DNA of 64,000 nt from contig MCFE01000124.1 of NCBI GenBank assembly GCA_002104905.1, forward strand, positions 97,248 to 161,247, given 5' to 3'. The notes under the pieces are model-generated. The model was not told where the DNA came from and searched no databases. It saw only the letters and a program-made list of their open reading frames with translations. Each line of letters opens with the position of its first letter. Position 1 is the first letter of the stretch. The stretch is from Basidiobolus meristosporus CBS 931.73 (lineage: Eukaryota > Fungi > Basidiobolomycota). This document shows positions 25,801 through 39,685 of the stretch, piece by piece. A program made the translations under genes and the position numbers.

Positions 25801-28800
25801 GACGGCACAGCAAAAATGTAACTCGTCGAATCCCGCGTTGACGTAAGGACTCACTCCGTACTTGCAGGAACTCTTTCAAACGGTTGTGCCACAGCTCATC
25901 CAGAATGGACTCGGTGATGGGAATTTCGATAGAGACGTTCAAGATATTCTTCGAAGGCTGGCCGTCTGAAGGCCGTTTCGAATAGATGCGTAACACGCGA
26001 TCAAACTGCATCTCCAGCTCGCTGGTGTTCCGGAATGAGACCATCAACCCTTTCCTAAGTAGATTTTGATCGGCCGGAATATGACTCATGTCAGATAGGC
26101 TTAGGATCCGCTTTTTTCCATGCTGCGCTCCGAGACGGGCGCTCCGACTGGGATCGTGGAGTAAGAAGTTCCATTCAAAAATGAATGGGGATTGCTCTGT
26201 GTGGTAGACAACATTCAGTATATCATACGCGTGATAGGATCGACGGCAATACACCTCCAGGGCAGCAAGCGCTATCCATCCGTTCTCATGATAAAAGAAG
26301 TTCTGGAGCACATCAAACATGAAGTAGTTCGTGACAATCAGATCCTTGATAGAGTCGTAGCTTGGTTCCCGGAAGACCTCTTCCCCAATGCCATATATGG
26401 TGTCGGTAACTGCACTCCTAAGGATACGCTCCATCTGGCTCATTCGCTGCTCGTATGATGGCAATTGTGTCTGGATCAGCATTTCCTTGGCAAGCAGGGC
26501 AACCTTCGTTGTACGTCGATTTGTGAGTTCTGCTATCTTCTTCAGGATTGTCATATAGCATGGGTCCAGTGAGCCACCAATGCGATTTGGTCGAATATGT
26601 TCCAGCAATATCAGAATCAGTTTGTTCTTTCCAAAGACCTTCCAATGGGACTGTACTACGCTGACGACATAATCGAGGTTGTCCTTGTTACTGTCGCGTA
26701 GCTGTAGAATGGTCTCCTCCTCGCTCTTGGAGTCGTCATCAAACATCACTTCATTCTGGTAGTATCGTTCAATTAGACTACGAATCACATCATTTTGACG
26801 GCCTACAAGTCCATTCATGTAGGACGCAATAACATCAGCGATAGGGGCTATTGACTCCCTAAATCTGGTGACTTCACCAGCCTTGAGACTAACAGAAGAG
26901 TATGCTTGGATCAGACTATGTAGGGATTGAGCGGGAAATGCAGAATCGGTTTCCTGTGCCGAGACAATCGCTTCATGGATTTCGGTCTGTAACCTTGCAG
27001 GGATGTGCCCAGAGAGTGCGGAAAACGCCTCATTAAATTCATTATAAGCCAGCTCTTTGCAAGTAAGGCATTCCAATAGTTGCTTGACTTTGTTTTCTAT
27101 CGGCTCTTGATGGTCGAAGCCCTCCAGCACCAACTCCAGAGAGCGCTTGATATCCTGAAACCTTTGGTGGATCTTGTTTCCCTTGACAAATGGGGGCCCC
27201 ATGGAGGGCAACTGGCCCTCGAATCGTTTTGCGTAATGAACGCGGTTCGGGTCATCTAATGTAAGAATTCCCAATATGTCGCCGGGCTCCAGTGTACTTC
27301 CAGGCTGCTTAATGAATTGGACTACTCCACTCTCGGTGGCAGTCAACGACATATACATTTTCATCACTTGGGTTTCGGCGTAGGCATCACCAATGTTAAG
27401 GTGATCTCCTGGCTCGACTAAATAACGAATCAACTTCCCAGAGGTTGGGGACCGTAGTTGAGTGGGATCGTTTTCATTCTCGATGAGACATGTTTTCCCG
27501 TCGATCATTATCCGGGTTCCTTGGACCTCTTCTTTGGTATAGATCGTATGGCTTCTTCCGTCCAGAAACACCAGCATCCCGCCGTCAGTCAGAGAACGAA
27601 CTGCGACCTCCGCTTTTGTACCATTGATGTATAGCGTGTATGTGTGGCTTGCCACCCTTGTTGCTGTGAATTTGTATTTTGTGTTCTCGTAGATAAAATC
27701 AACGTTGAACGCGGACTTCAGGCTGTCTTTTCCTAGTACTTGCCCTTTCTCTAGAGACCGCTTGAACTCCTGGATTAGCTCGTCACATTTGACATGAGCT
27801 TTATAGACTGCTCCACAGATTATCGCCAGACTGACTGGGGGTCTCTCAGCAGTCAGGTTCTTGGAGATGAGAGTGTCTAACCAGTTGGTGTTCACTGTGT
27901 TATGTTCGAATGCTTCTGCCTCAAGGAGTTTGATCAGATACTCTACTGTGGTACGAAATTCACTTCGGATGGACATCTCCTTCAACGCGACAACCATATT
28001 CTTTCTGGCCTGCTGACGATCCTCGCCGTAAGCGAAGATATGGCCAAATTGGCTATCGGCAAACTCGTGTAGTCCGCCGGTGGAATCCAGTGAGAAATAC
28101 CCCCAGACGTTTGTGTTGCTTCTAAAATTCAGGTCGTTCATCATACCGCTACTAGGCTTGAAGCCTGCGTCCGGGTTTTCGGCCGTAATTCGGACCGCGA
28201 TAACATGGCCTTTGGGAGCTGGTTTGCGTTGAGCTTGAAAGGATTCAGGTTTGCAAAATTCGAAATCGATTCCTGATGACCCACTAGGGGCCAGCCCATA
28301 TAAATGCCGGATATCCCTGATGCAATGAAGTGGAATCCCCATGGCTATTTGAAGCTGGGCTGCAGGAAGATTTACACCTGAGATCATTTCGGTGGTAGGG
28401 TGTTCCACCTGCAAGCGGGGATTTAGTTCCAAGAAGTAGAATTCGTCTTTCTTGTGGTTGTACAGATATTCAACAGTCCCGGCACTAACGTAGCCAACCA
28501 ATTTCGCGAGTCGAACGGCGCCCTTCTCCATCTCCTCGATAGCTTTTGCATTAGCAATAGTGACCGGAGCTTCTTCGATAATCTTTTGATGCCTGCGTTG
28601 AACGGAGCAATCTCTTCCGAACAACGAGATAGCATTGCCGTACTGGTCGGCCAGAAGCTGTACCTCCAGGTGTCGGGAGTCCTCTGCTAGCTTCATGATG
28701 AATATGGGGGATCCAGGAACCTCGCTCTGAACCTGTTCAAATGCGATTGGGAATGACTCAATCGACTCCACTTTTCTTATCCCTTTACCGCCCCCACCTT

Positions 28801-29714
28801 CGGAGGCTTTGATCATCACCGGGAGTCCCAATTCCTCGACAACAGCTAGCCCCTGATCCATACTTTCCACGTTTGCTTTTTGATAAACACTGTCTGAAAC
28901 GGTGATGTAGCCCTGTGAGTTGATGATTGTCTCATCGAGATGACTCCCATTCCATTTCATGGTGGGAATTTGCACTGACTGAGCCACGATAGTGGAGGAG
29001 ATTTTGTCCCCAAGAGATCGCATAGCAGACCCAGGTGGCCCGATAAAAACGATCTTGTTCTTTCCTAGTAGCTCTGGAAGACGTGGGTTTTCGGAAGCGT
29101 GGCCCCTATCCGTGTATAACAATGAGATGAGCGACAGGTTCACACTCAACACCCGAAAACCAATCTTACCATCCTGCCCAGACCGCCTATCTCGCCATCC
29201 CAGAATTCGCCAAAGCCCGGGCAGAGATTAGTGGGAGACCCGATATTTCTCGACCAAAGTGAGTACAACTTACGTGGACTCCAGTACGCTCGGCCACATC
29301 CACAATCAGATCAACATTGGCGTAGTTGTTATTGTTGGTTCCCCCAGGGATTTCTATACAGCAATCGGCCATCCTTATATATTCCGCGTTGACCTTAAGG
29401 TCCTCGGGCGTGGCCATCACAGTGAACTCAATTGCTCGCTCGTTGCCGAATGTTTCGTAGGCCCACTTGCGAACAGACCGGATCTCCTTCACAGCAGCGA
29501 TACCATTGTTTGCAATTAACACCTTGGTAATCACCGTGTGGCCTCCCGCCTGGGTGACAAACTCTTTGACCGGACCCGACTTCGCAACTTCAACACTGTT
29601 CTTTCCTGGTATCGAGGGTGGGATAGGGTTAGTCTTCACCCCAAAACTGGTTTCGTCACTGGATTATTAGATAATCGGGCGGTACTAACCGACAAAATGC
29701 TGTGCGCGATGCAT
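22874..29714 (-). CDS. ACC1: Acetyl-CoA carboxylase (BC, BCCP, central and CT domains); complement(join(22874..29105,29170..29186,29274..29605,29690..29714)), about 2201 aa
   Basis: [30 protein letters not shown] (rebuilt across a 17-nt exon), [14 protein letters not shown], biotin-site VMKM, phospho-site-like RILSLSDMS, and CT motifs [14 protein letters not shown] and ELRGGAWVV. Confidence 0.98.
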
Positions 29715-30379
29715 CCTATGATCTTATACCGATAATACTCCTCTGCTATGGGCGAGAGAAAACTTGCTGCTATGTTGTGGCGAGGGGTGGAATTAGGAAG
29801 AGATGATATGGTCGGTTGGTTGGTTGGTCGAAGCAAACGTTATCTTCAGTAGAGAGATCCATGCCGCGGCGTGATTTATGGGACTGCTTTTAATTCCAAT
29901 ATGATACAGATCTCTAAGAAATAGGAGATTCATATGAATATGAAACGATGCAGATGGTTTGATTGGTCCAGGATCCGCTTTGGTTGTCCCAGCTGAAATA
30001 CAGATTCTCAGGGGCCCTACTTCATGCAAATTCCAGTGCTGACACCATTGACAATTTAACGGATGTCGGCAGCGAGAGGTCAGATGGTTGTACAATAGTA
30101 CCAAGTGCCGAATACGAATAATACATACGTTTGGCTACATGTAAAACCCAGGCTGTAGAAGGGTCCAGGTTTCTGGCAAAAACTCAGGGCACTAAAAAGT
30201 CTGAACTAACCCCATTAATGGATTTTCCTTTCCCAGCAACACTGTTCATCTTGCTAGATCATTGTTTATTTTTGGTTTAGAACTAAGCATCCACGAAAGA
30301 ACTAACAAATCGAATAAACTTGCTGCCTAGAAGCCGGTCAATCTTATAACAAGTTGCAATCGCCCGCTAACCCTAAATA

Positions 30380-31387
30380 TTAGTTTCCCAAGCGTCTTCC
30401 CTTGCCCCAAGTATATCCGGAAGTGGTTTGTGGTTGGCCCCTGGCGGTTCCTGGTTGGAAGTATACGCCGCTATTGCTGGTAGCAGCCACAGCTGGGAAA
30501 AAATTGGCACTTACGAAGGGGTTAGTTCATATGTGTAATAACAGTCAATAGGTAAAATATACATACATAAATTGTGGTGTCTTCAGATAGTTCACACCGC
30601 CTGTTGAGGGGTAAATATCATGAAGATAATGGTAGAGATATGCGGAGAAGAAACCAATAATATCTGCGTAGGGGATGCTACCATTACGGCTCAAAAGTTC
30701 GTAGATCATGAGAACATATGGCAAATATGCGCCCTACATTGATCCAGTCGTTAACGAGCATAGCGCTGGAAGATTACATATAAGCAAGTTACCTTGAATC
30801 TTAGAGAGAAAAAGAAAGAAACATTGACATCCTTGTAATGTCTGGACCATAGGAAAACGATGGACATAATGAGACTTTGGCTAAGTAAGTATGGATTGTA
30901 GAAGACAGTTGCAGAAACCTGGAAATGAAAGTTAACGACAATAGATATAAATATAAATCAGAATATGTGAATCGGCCCAACAAAAAAGATACAATAGAGA
31001 ACGTCATAGTGACTATGAGGAAATAAAGATAATCCGCTGTGCGCCCCAGGAACACTGGAGAAGTCTCTAATTGTTTCGAGTATGTGTAGAGGAAGTAGAG
31101 TTGAAAAATGGCAGATATGCTGAGTTCATAATTAAAGAAACAGGTCGCGACACGCCAGAACTAGCAAGTCTCGCTGGTTAGATTCCACGTAGGGTAACAA
31201 TTGCCAAAATGGAAAATACCTGGAACTGGCCGAGGACTGTAGTAAAATCGTAATATACACTCTGCTTGCTGATCAATCCAAGTCCCCCCAATATACTCAA
31301 CGCTGAGTATGTGGCAAAGAGCCAACGGGTGCAAAATGGATTAGAGTAGAACCATTGCACAATTTCGTGTTGTTGAGGATTATTCAT
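30380..31387 (-). CDS. Derlin (Der1/Dfm1-like rhomboid pseudoprotease, ERAD) with a C-terminal SHP-box-like motif; 5 exons
   Basis: Spliced translation: WFYSNPFCTRW...QFQ|FWRVATCFF..YSKQLE..FLGRTADYLYFL|..LSQSLIMSIVFLWSR..|GAYLPYVLM..IIGFFSAYLYHYL..IYP..LKTP|..YTWGKGRRLGN*; the last intron uses an AAG acceptor. Confidence 0.9.
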
Positions 31388-34300
31388 TTTGTGAAAGCTC
31401 TAGTACAAGAGAACGATACCCTCAGAATTATAGTGGGCCAACAATGTAAATCGTAGCCTGCTGCACTTCATTGGTCCAAAAATACGCTCCTCATTGAACA
31501 ACACATCATGGTGGAGTATACAATTCGTCAGTCTCTTTCTATTTTAAAAGTATATATTGGCATCATACTCTATTTCAATGCATCATTTTTGAGAAAAGAT
31601 ATCCACGGAATCTCAATATACCCAATCAGGCTAGTCATAAACCATGCTAGAATCTTGTAGAAAATTAACTGAACGCAAAGCAAGAACTTAACTTTGTGAT
31701 ATTCTATCCAAGGCATCAGGGAAAGAGAGCTACTGGAAGTAACAAAGAAATAAAGTTTGTTTTTGCTCAACCGAAGCGACTTTTTCTTACGGATGTCAAA
31801 ACTCAGTTATTTCTTGCCGAGTACAACAAAGACAGACAACAGTGTATAGACACTGTTATGTTGAACTCATTTGCAAGGCCTATAATCTCAAATAAGCTGG
31901 ATAGCTAACTTAGCTTCAACCGGGGAATATATTCCGAGCAAGAGACATATAGATGGGTAAAGATGATATAAAGCGTTCCAAGAGCCAGGCACTAAGACTA
32001 TCATTACTAGCGGTTCATAGCCAAATCATTGAGGAATTACAACTTGTATAGCGGGTATATGCTTAATGATTTCCATTATATGCTGCGATATTTTGGGCGA
32101 AGTTGGTAACAATATTGTAACGGGTCTGCTCCAACGTCAGCAAGTGGTTTCATAATGCTTATCCAATGGCGAATGAGTATTTAATAATGAATCAGCGGCT
32201 TCGGCATGAATCTCCTGCATTTCCCTATCACTAAATTTTCGGCTAGAACAGCAAGACAAAATGCTCGGTGTAGAAGCCAGGAATAGAGGCTAAACAGTAT
32301 AAATACAGGATATCACTCAACACATTGAATCACTAGCAACATTGATGTTGGTGGGAAGCCAAAATCATCAACACAAATATTTCGAGCAAATGTATATACA
32401 TTTGCTTCCATATCTACAAAAAGTTGGCTTAGCAATAGTAGCCAATATTGCAGACCTTCAGATCTGGTTATTCAGAGATTTCCACTTTGCACAAATCCAG
32501 ATAACCTGTCCAAAACCCCAAGATCCCCAATGATGTGTAAGGATGATGAGGGACATTTGAGCATCCCTAAAATCATCCCAGAATACTGCCTGAATGTAGC
32601 AAGGTTGTAAGGATACATCCGCCAAAGGTTTTTGGCATTTAAAGATGATCTTGCAACATACAAGAATAAGGACATCTCGAATCGTATGAGCTTGCAGTCG
32701 AAAACCCAGATGACGGCATCTGCTGACGATTTTTGAAGGGTTACTCCACCCGTATGGAGATGAATCATGATGATAAATGTAGAAATCACTAATGGGTCCA
32801 GGCTGATGAGCCATCCGAGTTATCTACCGCTAAAAAGAAACAAACCAATATCTTGTCAAGAAAGATGAACAAGTTGCTTTTCCGGAATTGCCTTTGCTGT
32901 AAACGGGCATATGGTTACTCGACAGAAGGCGGAGAAATAGAAATCATCGGAAGCTGCAATTCTTGAATATTCGTCACCTCAGCAAATCGACTACTAAAAC
33001 GCCCGTGTATCAGAATTGATACTCTACCAGAGGATACGGCAGGCTTGATCTAGTTAATCCAGGTACTTCCATATATATATTGGGACTCGAATATTCTTAA
33101 ATTCCTAGCTGACAGTGACTTCTTGTCACTAGGCCAAAAATATCCCAGAAATATTGGGGATGGACGGGAAAAATCCGACCATATTTGGCTAATATCGAAG
33201 CTTAGTAGTCAAAATTTGCAGGACATGCAGTTTAAAGCAGAAAGGATTCCCACAAGCGAATTCCACAGCTTCAAATGATACACAGCAGCAAGCTCGCACA
33301 ACCTAGCTTTGTAGAAAAGAGACCTTGTAATGTGCCTTATACGGTGTTCATACTAGCGGACGAGGCAGATACGCAAGCATAGATTTAAAATAACTTCAAT
33401 CCTAGAGCTCTGCCTAACGGAGGGCTGTAGAGTTCAATACATCATGGAAGGGAGGCGTAATACTTGGGAGCGGAATGATCTTGGGTGCTGTCCCACAGAA
33501 TCCCCCATCAACTGTAAAGGCCAATAGATCAAACTGCCAGCTGAAGCACCAATGGCGATATCAGCAATGATCATCCTTTCGTGAAATAAAAGCAGCTGCT
33601 TGTTTAGATAATGGTACAATTGGCGGATGCAAGATCATAGGCCAGGTTAGTCTTTGCTGCATGGCGGAGTCTAAAATCCATCAGTATTGGCTGCCTCCGA
33701 TTGCTAGGCGAATTATCGCAGACTTGCCTGCTCAGTAGGATTCCTCTTATTTTTAACGTATACCCGCAGAATTCTCGATGAAGATAAATGAAACTGGATT
33801 CCCAGGTGCCTCTTAGAATGAATCAATTGTGGAGTTTCTGCAATCCGCCGGGTTAATACAGGGAAAGCCAATGGCAATTCTGAGGGTTTCCGAAAGATGG
33901 AAGCTCCATCGCGATTTCGAGTAGCATCGAGAATTCCTGAACTGTATGAAATGTGGGTGTTACCTCAACCATCCAGTTATAACGGTCTAAGCCTCCAGAT
34001 TCCACCATCATCTTAGGCTACACGGTGCTATGAGTCAACTTAATCTGGAGTGTCCTTCAAAAAATATCTAGATTTCCCCATTATGAGCACTCTCCATATT
34101 ATTTAGGGTGCCGCGATTACCATGGGAACTACCAACTATGGCCAGGATTCAGGAAGAATATCCACAATGCTCCGTCAATCAGAGACGAAAAGGTTGTGCA
34201 GATTGGCAGTTGGCATGTTTCGGCCAATGGCCATTCATCTATAGCACCGAGTATGATCGTGATCACATCGCACAACGTCGACCAAGCACCCCTAAGCCCA

Positions 34301-35087
34301 ATATTGGCTCCCTTCGATGATGGTCCGAATGCCACTGTCGCACAAAAAAAGCCGTCTATTTCTCTCTCTGAGCATATTGGGCAAAGCAATTCTGAGCCAA
34401 TACAACTTACAAATTCGGCGAGATCTCCAGCAAATCCACATTTTAATAAGCGTGTAACGTGGCACTGGTATCTATTAAATTCCCAAACTCATAGTCAGCA
34501 TTGCTCCAAGAGTATGAGCCGTCTTTTCGATTTTGGCACGATGATGGTGACAGCCTTTCGGATGAGAGGGGTGATTACGATGTGCTTTGTCATTCCTTAC
34601 GTGTGGTCGATGACGGACGTGTCTGGTGGAAAGCTTAGATAAGAAGGATTTTATTGTTGTCTGTTCATATGATACCTCTAGCACATCCCTGTGTCAAGAA
34701 CCTAGAGATGTAGATCCTGGCATAATGCTACGATGGGAATAGCCTGGCTAGGCTAAACTCTGGATCTGTCTGAACATGGCTTTCTTGTGCTTGACTTTGC
34801 GAAGCAGCCAAGTATATTGCTCTCTAATTTCAGTTAATAATATAGCGTGAGATAGAATAGGGAGTGGCAAACTTTATACAACAAGTGGTTTGTTTCGCAC
34901 ATGCCTATAGTGCGCGTGAAGGAGGTGAAGAAGATAGTGTAGCTCTCTGAATATAGAGTGAACGGGTTGTCCTCTTGGCTACAGGTGAGTAGAAGCATGA
35001 ATGAAAATTAGAGCGGAGAATGGTATCCCTCTAACTGATAGTAATTCTAAATAGCGTGAGATGCAGGTTCTAATATCGAGCAATCGT

Positions 35088-35747
35088 TTAGAATGCCCCT
35101 TGTTGTGTTACCGCAGCGCTTAGTTGATGCACTATACGGCCATGTGTCTCGGGAAGCTTTCCTTTCTCGAGTGGCAATGCGTACATACTATCAACTCTGG
35201 AATGGCCATGGGCAGGAGAGAATCCCTCATCGTCAGTAGTAGGCACGGAGTAGTCCGAGTCAGTTGCCGAGCTACTGCTGGTGCTAGCGCTAATATTTGA
35301 CAACACGGATTGTAATGACTGGGTCTTTCTGAATTCGGATCTGTTAATGCGGCTGGCACTAGGGTTAGAGTAGCTGTGTGTTCGAGGATTCGTTTTGGCA
35401 GGCGTATTCAATACAGTAGGCTGGGGACGTATAGACTTGACATAATCTATGAAATCACACCTCACATCTTCACAAGAGTAACCATCAGTTTTAGCTTTTG
35501 TGGAGTCGGCGGCTGTAGCAGGGTCATAAGTTTCTAGATGAAAATCATCCAGTATCTCTTCCAGAACACTGCGGTTCACTCTAGGATAATCACCAGACAC
35601 AATATCCCGTGACAAAGCTGCAAGGTCCTCGATCGTTAACATCTTCATTTGCAACGGGCCATCGTTAGGGAGACGTTTCCCTTGAACAGCCTTTTGGAAA
35701 TATCTGCTCAAAAACTTTGATTTTGCGGAGTTGGTTTCAAGAAACAT
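35088..35747 (-). CDS. Hypothetical protein, Ser-rich C-terminal half, about 219 aa
   Basis: Long uninterrupted ORF from ATG 35747 with protein-like composition and a TATA-like ATATATAT run upstream (about 35901); no recognisable domain. Confidence 0.5.
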   Translation of the reverse strand: MFLETNSAKSKFLSRYFQKAVQGKRLPNDGPLQMKMLTIEDLAALSRDIVSGDYPRVNRSVLEEILDDFHLETYDPATAADSTKAKTDGYSCEDVRCDFIDYVKSIRPQPTVLNTPAKTNPRTHSYSNPSASRINRSEFRKTQSLQSVLSNISASTSSSSATDSDYSVPTTDDEGFSPAHGHSRVDSMYALPLEKGKLPETHGRIVHQLSAAVTQQGAF

Positions 35748-38700
35748 GACACTAGCTATCGAGAGTAGAGTTTGATAGAGAAAAGGTAGTGGCTTCCAAA
35801 GCAACTATATGAGAAATGCGAAGTGACGAACCAAAGAATTTATGGACCAGAGAAGCTCTTTCCTCAGTTGTGTATTCGATGGAGCGGACCTGAACGCTTT
35901 ATATATATCACCAACAGGCGAACATGCCATTTAAATTAAAAAGGCAGAGAATTTCAATTCATCTCCAATACTACCATGTATAGATGATCGCGATAAGGCG
36001 TATCATTGTATGAAGGAAAATGGATGATGTAAATTACAGAGATTTGGCGACAAGGTACCACGGATTGATTTCCGAAAAGGAACTATATGTACTGTGTCCG
36101 TGAAAAGCACCGGTATTGATGCGTTTGGAGGTGGCAGAAAATGGTCATACAACCTATAACATCCGTATTTTATCGTGGCATTCATGAAAGCGGATGTTGA
36201 TATCGATTGCTAGAAAATGTTTCAAAAACCATGGAAACATAGGGATTTTATGTGATTGATTGAGGTTTGAAAGTCCGCTTCAAGGTTTGAAGTGTGAAAG
36301 GATGAGCGGCAAATTACGATTGTTCCGACAGTCGTCAGAAATAACGCTAGACAAATGGCCCTTGTACTGGATTAGGATCGTCTGATTGGAAGGAAAAGGT
36401 CGCATTTATTCCATAGGATACCGGTGCCCACCTGAAATCACTCAAACTTCACTTAGCAGATGGATTAGTTTGTTGATCTTTGTTGGCTTCAAAATCTTCA
36501 GCAGCTCGAACAATGCAGTGCTGATCACAATGCGTATATTTCCATCGTGAAATGATGCTACGTCAGAGATATGAGAGCAATGGAGACAAAAGCCTGCAGA
36601 AGAGTGAAGCTTCGTCTAGCTGAAACTGCATTGCGTCCTGACCTCGCGTGAAACATACGGTTTAGACACATTTGGAATCGCGGATTGTTACACCCATTTG
36701 TTTCGTGGTCGCTCTATCCTGACCCCATTACACTTGAAAACAGCTTGATCAGCCTAATGGTGAACAATGCCGAGGTGGTGCTCTCTAGAGCCTAAAGGTG
36801 GACACGATTATCAGTGTAGATAAAATTGTCTCAAATCTAGGCTGACCAAACCTCTTTATCTGTCGTCCAGAGGGGGCCACTCTATGTGTGCTAGACGCCC
36901 AGTCAAAGCTATGTTGGTGATGATTTTCCATGTGGCGGGAATATCGGCTGATCCGACTTTTCACAGTCTAAGATTTCTTTCGACTAGGGCTCCTTCTACG
37001 TGGTATATGGTGGGCGTACCGGTAGCAAATAAGATTCATCGAAGTGCATGTTGGCTGTGATTATCACCATGCTGGTATCATGGGCATCTTAATTGGGCAA
37101 TCAGCTAACGATTCGGGATTTAACCGTACCAATGAAGTGAGCAGCATCCTCTGCTAATTCCAGGCTACATTCCAACGGACAAAAAGAACCCATGGTGTTA
37201 CCAACCTTTGGGTAAACCTAGGTACATATTGCCCATGTCCGTCATGGAAGGGTGGGAACACGGATTCTCCACATAGCCTACGCCTGTAAGCCAATTCATC
37301 GCTTCCGTTGATCATTGATTGTAGTTGTTTGGCATATGGGTCTCAAGGCTGTATTGATTGATGCGTTAACGAAGCATTCCCTCTCTTGGTGAATATGTTC
37401 GAGCACAAGCCCAAACGCTCCCAGAATAAGAGGTCACTTTAATTACCTACTTGATCTAATTCTAAAAATATCGAGTCAATCAGGTTGAACTTGGAGAAAT
37501 ATATCAAGGGGAAGAAAACCGGTCTCCATTTAAGGCAATTTTGAGCCTGGCTAAATCACATTGATAGCGATTGGCGCTTGACTCAGATGAATTTGATAAG
37601 CAGTTGAATCAATAAGAAAGACGATTATAACGTTGGCACAAACTGGAAATGGCAATGAGGTGTTCATTCTTTGGTAACTCTTACCCCTCCATGAGAAATG
37701 CCCGAGTGAATATGGTATTGCTTATCCTCATAATGGTTTAATTTGGAGCTTAGATTTAAGCATGCTGCGAATGGTAATTTCTGGGAGTTTAACAATCGTT
37801 GTCCATTCAAAACCATGGCTCTCTAGCATTTCCGCAACGACAGTCGGGCGGAGGCCAATTATGCAGGCCGACTCCACCAATGCCAACCTTGAATATGGCG
37901 AGTGTAGCTTACTTGGAAGATTCCGAATCCCGAGTTGTACTTATAGAGTATGTCTAGGCTATTGATGATTCCTATTTGCTGGCAAGTATTACTTCGACGC
38001 GGGTTTTAGGCTGGCCAGTTAGAAAAGATCGGCACCGAGATGAGTTTCTATCGTATAGAGCCCCTGAAGCCTCGATGTCAATTGGTGATCTCCATGAGAT
38101 TCGATGCAAGGTGGTTAGCCCATCATACGCTCCATTGTGGCGCTCAAGATAATAATGGAAACAATCACTTTCATCGTGCTGATCTTCCGAGGCTTGCTGA
38201 CAATGAAGTCCGGGATCTGATAGCTTGGCGGCCTCAGGCTAAAATGATATAACTGAAAGTCAAGCAGCAACCAGGTCATTTGGTTGACTGGTCCTGTTTG
38301 TTTATGATGTCGCTCTATGACTATTTGATGGCTTTGGATACATGAATTTGCTCCTACCCATTGTCAACGTTCCACTGGATGAGACAAAGCCAATGCACAT
38401 CTGTGTGATGCAATACTGCGCTGGAAAACTGACTAATTGGCTGAAGCATGCTTTTGCAATCATAGAACGATGGTGTATAGCAACGAGTGTGCTCTGACAG
38501 TTGCATGGCTGACCAAGATACTGGCTGGGTGCCCTTGTTAGATTTCATCACGCTATCTAACCCATTACAACATTGACACGTGCTGAATGGTGCATGTGTT
38601 CTAACGATTTGCTCAAGCCTCACATGAACCCAAACAAAAGACGTCTCATCACTGTTGAGACGACATACAGGTATTATACTGGGTTTTGGAATGGAGATCT

Positions 38701-39195
38701 GCTGCTGCATCGGTCCCAATGAGAGGATTTGATATATTCTTACGGTGCCTGGTTCACCTGCCTGATATCAATTCTGTGCCTCATACTGGGCTAACCGATA
38801 CTATCTAAATTGAAAAGGAACACGCTAATTGTCAAGCGATGGGCAAATATCATTGTTGCTCTAAAAAAGCAATCTTCAGGTTCGTAATTGGAAAGTACGG
38901 CTGTTTTGGGCATCAGAGACGTAAGTTTTTATATACTGAGTTATATTAATTTGTCAGTAGAGGACCTCGAACAGTAGTGTATTTCAAGTGCCTGCTTGTG
39001 GATGTATAACACACCTGCCTGCAGGCTTATTGTTAGAATACAACCAGGATATATTCATGGATAAACTGGGCAATAAGTAGTGTGTTAAGCTCAACTTGGT
39101 AGGCGGTTTGAAGCGAAGTAGCCTCTAAATATCGCAACCAAGCTCTCCTCTTTCTGTGTAAAGCATGCAGGCTCTTTTACGGCAACTTTAATCAT

Positions 39196-39685
39196 CTAGA
39201 AACCATGAATCTTGATCAGGTCTTTCTTGGAAATCTCCTGCTGAACTAGAAAAGTGGCAACTTTTAAACGCTGATCTCCCTGAAGTTGAATAACTTCGCC
39301 AAGTTCTTCGTCTTCGACAACCGTGCCGTTGCAAGCAAAATCCTTCTTGAAGGCCTTTAGCATCTTTTTTTGGTCAAGTTCGGCAGGGAGACCTTGGATG
39401 GTTGTTAGAGTCTTTCGACCATTACGTTGCTGGATTCGGATATCTAAGGGAGATACGTTAAGGATATCAACAGCCTGTATATTGGTGGGATTCTACTGCT
39501 ACAACACCAAATGGCATGGGTTGGACGTCAAAAAAGATACGAATATATCCAACAGGGGCGACAGACTCTTCGTCACCAATATCGGCAAAAGGGTCTACCA
39601 GAGCAAATAGTCGTGAATAGATGATATGCATTGTCGAGCTTGTAGCGTCAACCGTACCATAAGCCTTCAGATTTTCAATAGACAT
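39196..39685 (-). CDS. SUI1: Translation initiation factor eIF1; complement(join(39196..39443,39541..39594,39658..39685))
   Basis: Spliced protein MSIENLKAYDPFADIGDEESVAPVGYIHIRIQQRNGRKTLTTIQGLPAELDQKKMLKAFKKDFACNGTVVEDEELGEVIQLQGDQR...IKIHGF*, an unmistakable eIF1; missed as a unit by the ORF track. Confidence 0.97.

Noticed and set aside
23433-29735. Plus-strand ORFs up to 217 aa inside ACC1
   Set aside because: Antisense shadow ORFs of a long coding sequence.
32050-32760. Possible F-box/LRR pseudogene on the plus strand (RVCSNVSKWF; LLPYLQKVGL; IPEYCLNVARL)
   Set aside because: Fragments lie in different frames with several stops and the resemblance is weak; needs a profile search.
34196-34642. 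148-codon ORF with a KRVTW (PP1-docking-like) motif and hydrophobic tail
   Set aside because: Starts at GTG with no clear ATG or exon chain; a 5-residue motif is not enough evidence.
36400-38720. Stop-riddled frames with faint TE-like words (e.g. IITANMHFDES; 38354-38719 ORF)
   Set aside because: No ordered set of RT or integrase motifs could be reconstructed.
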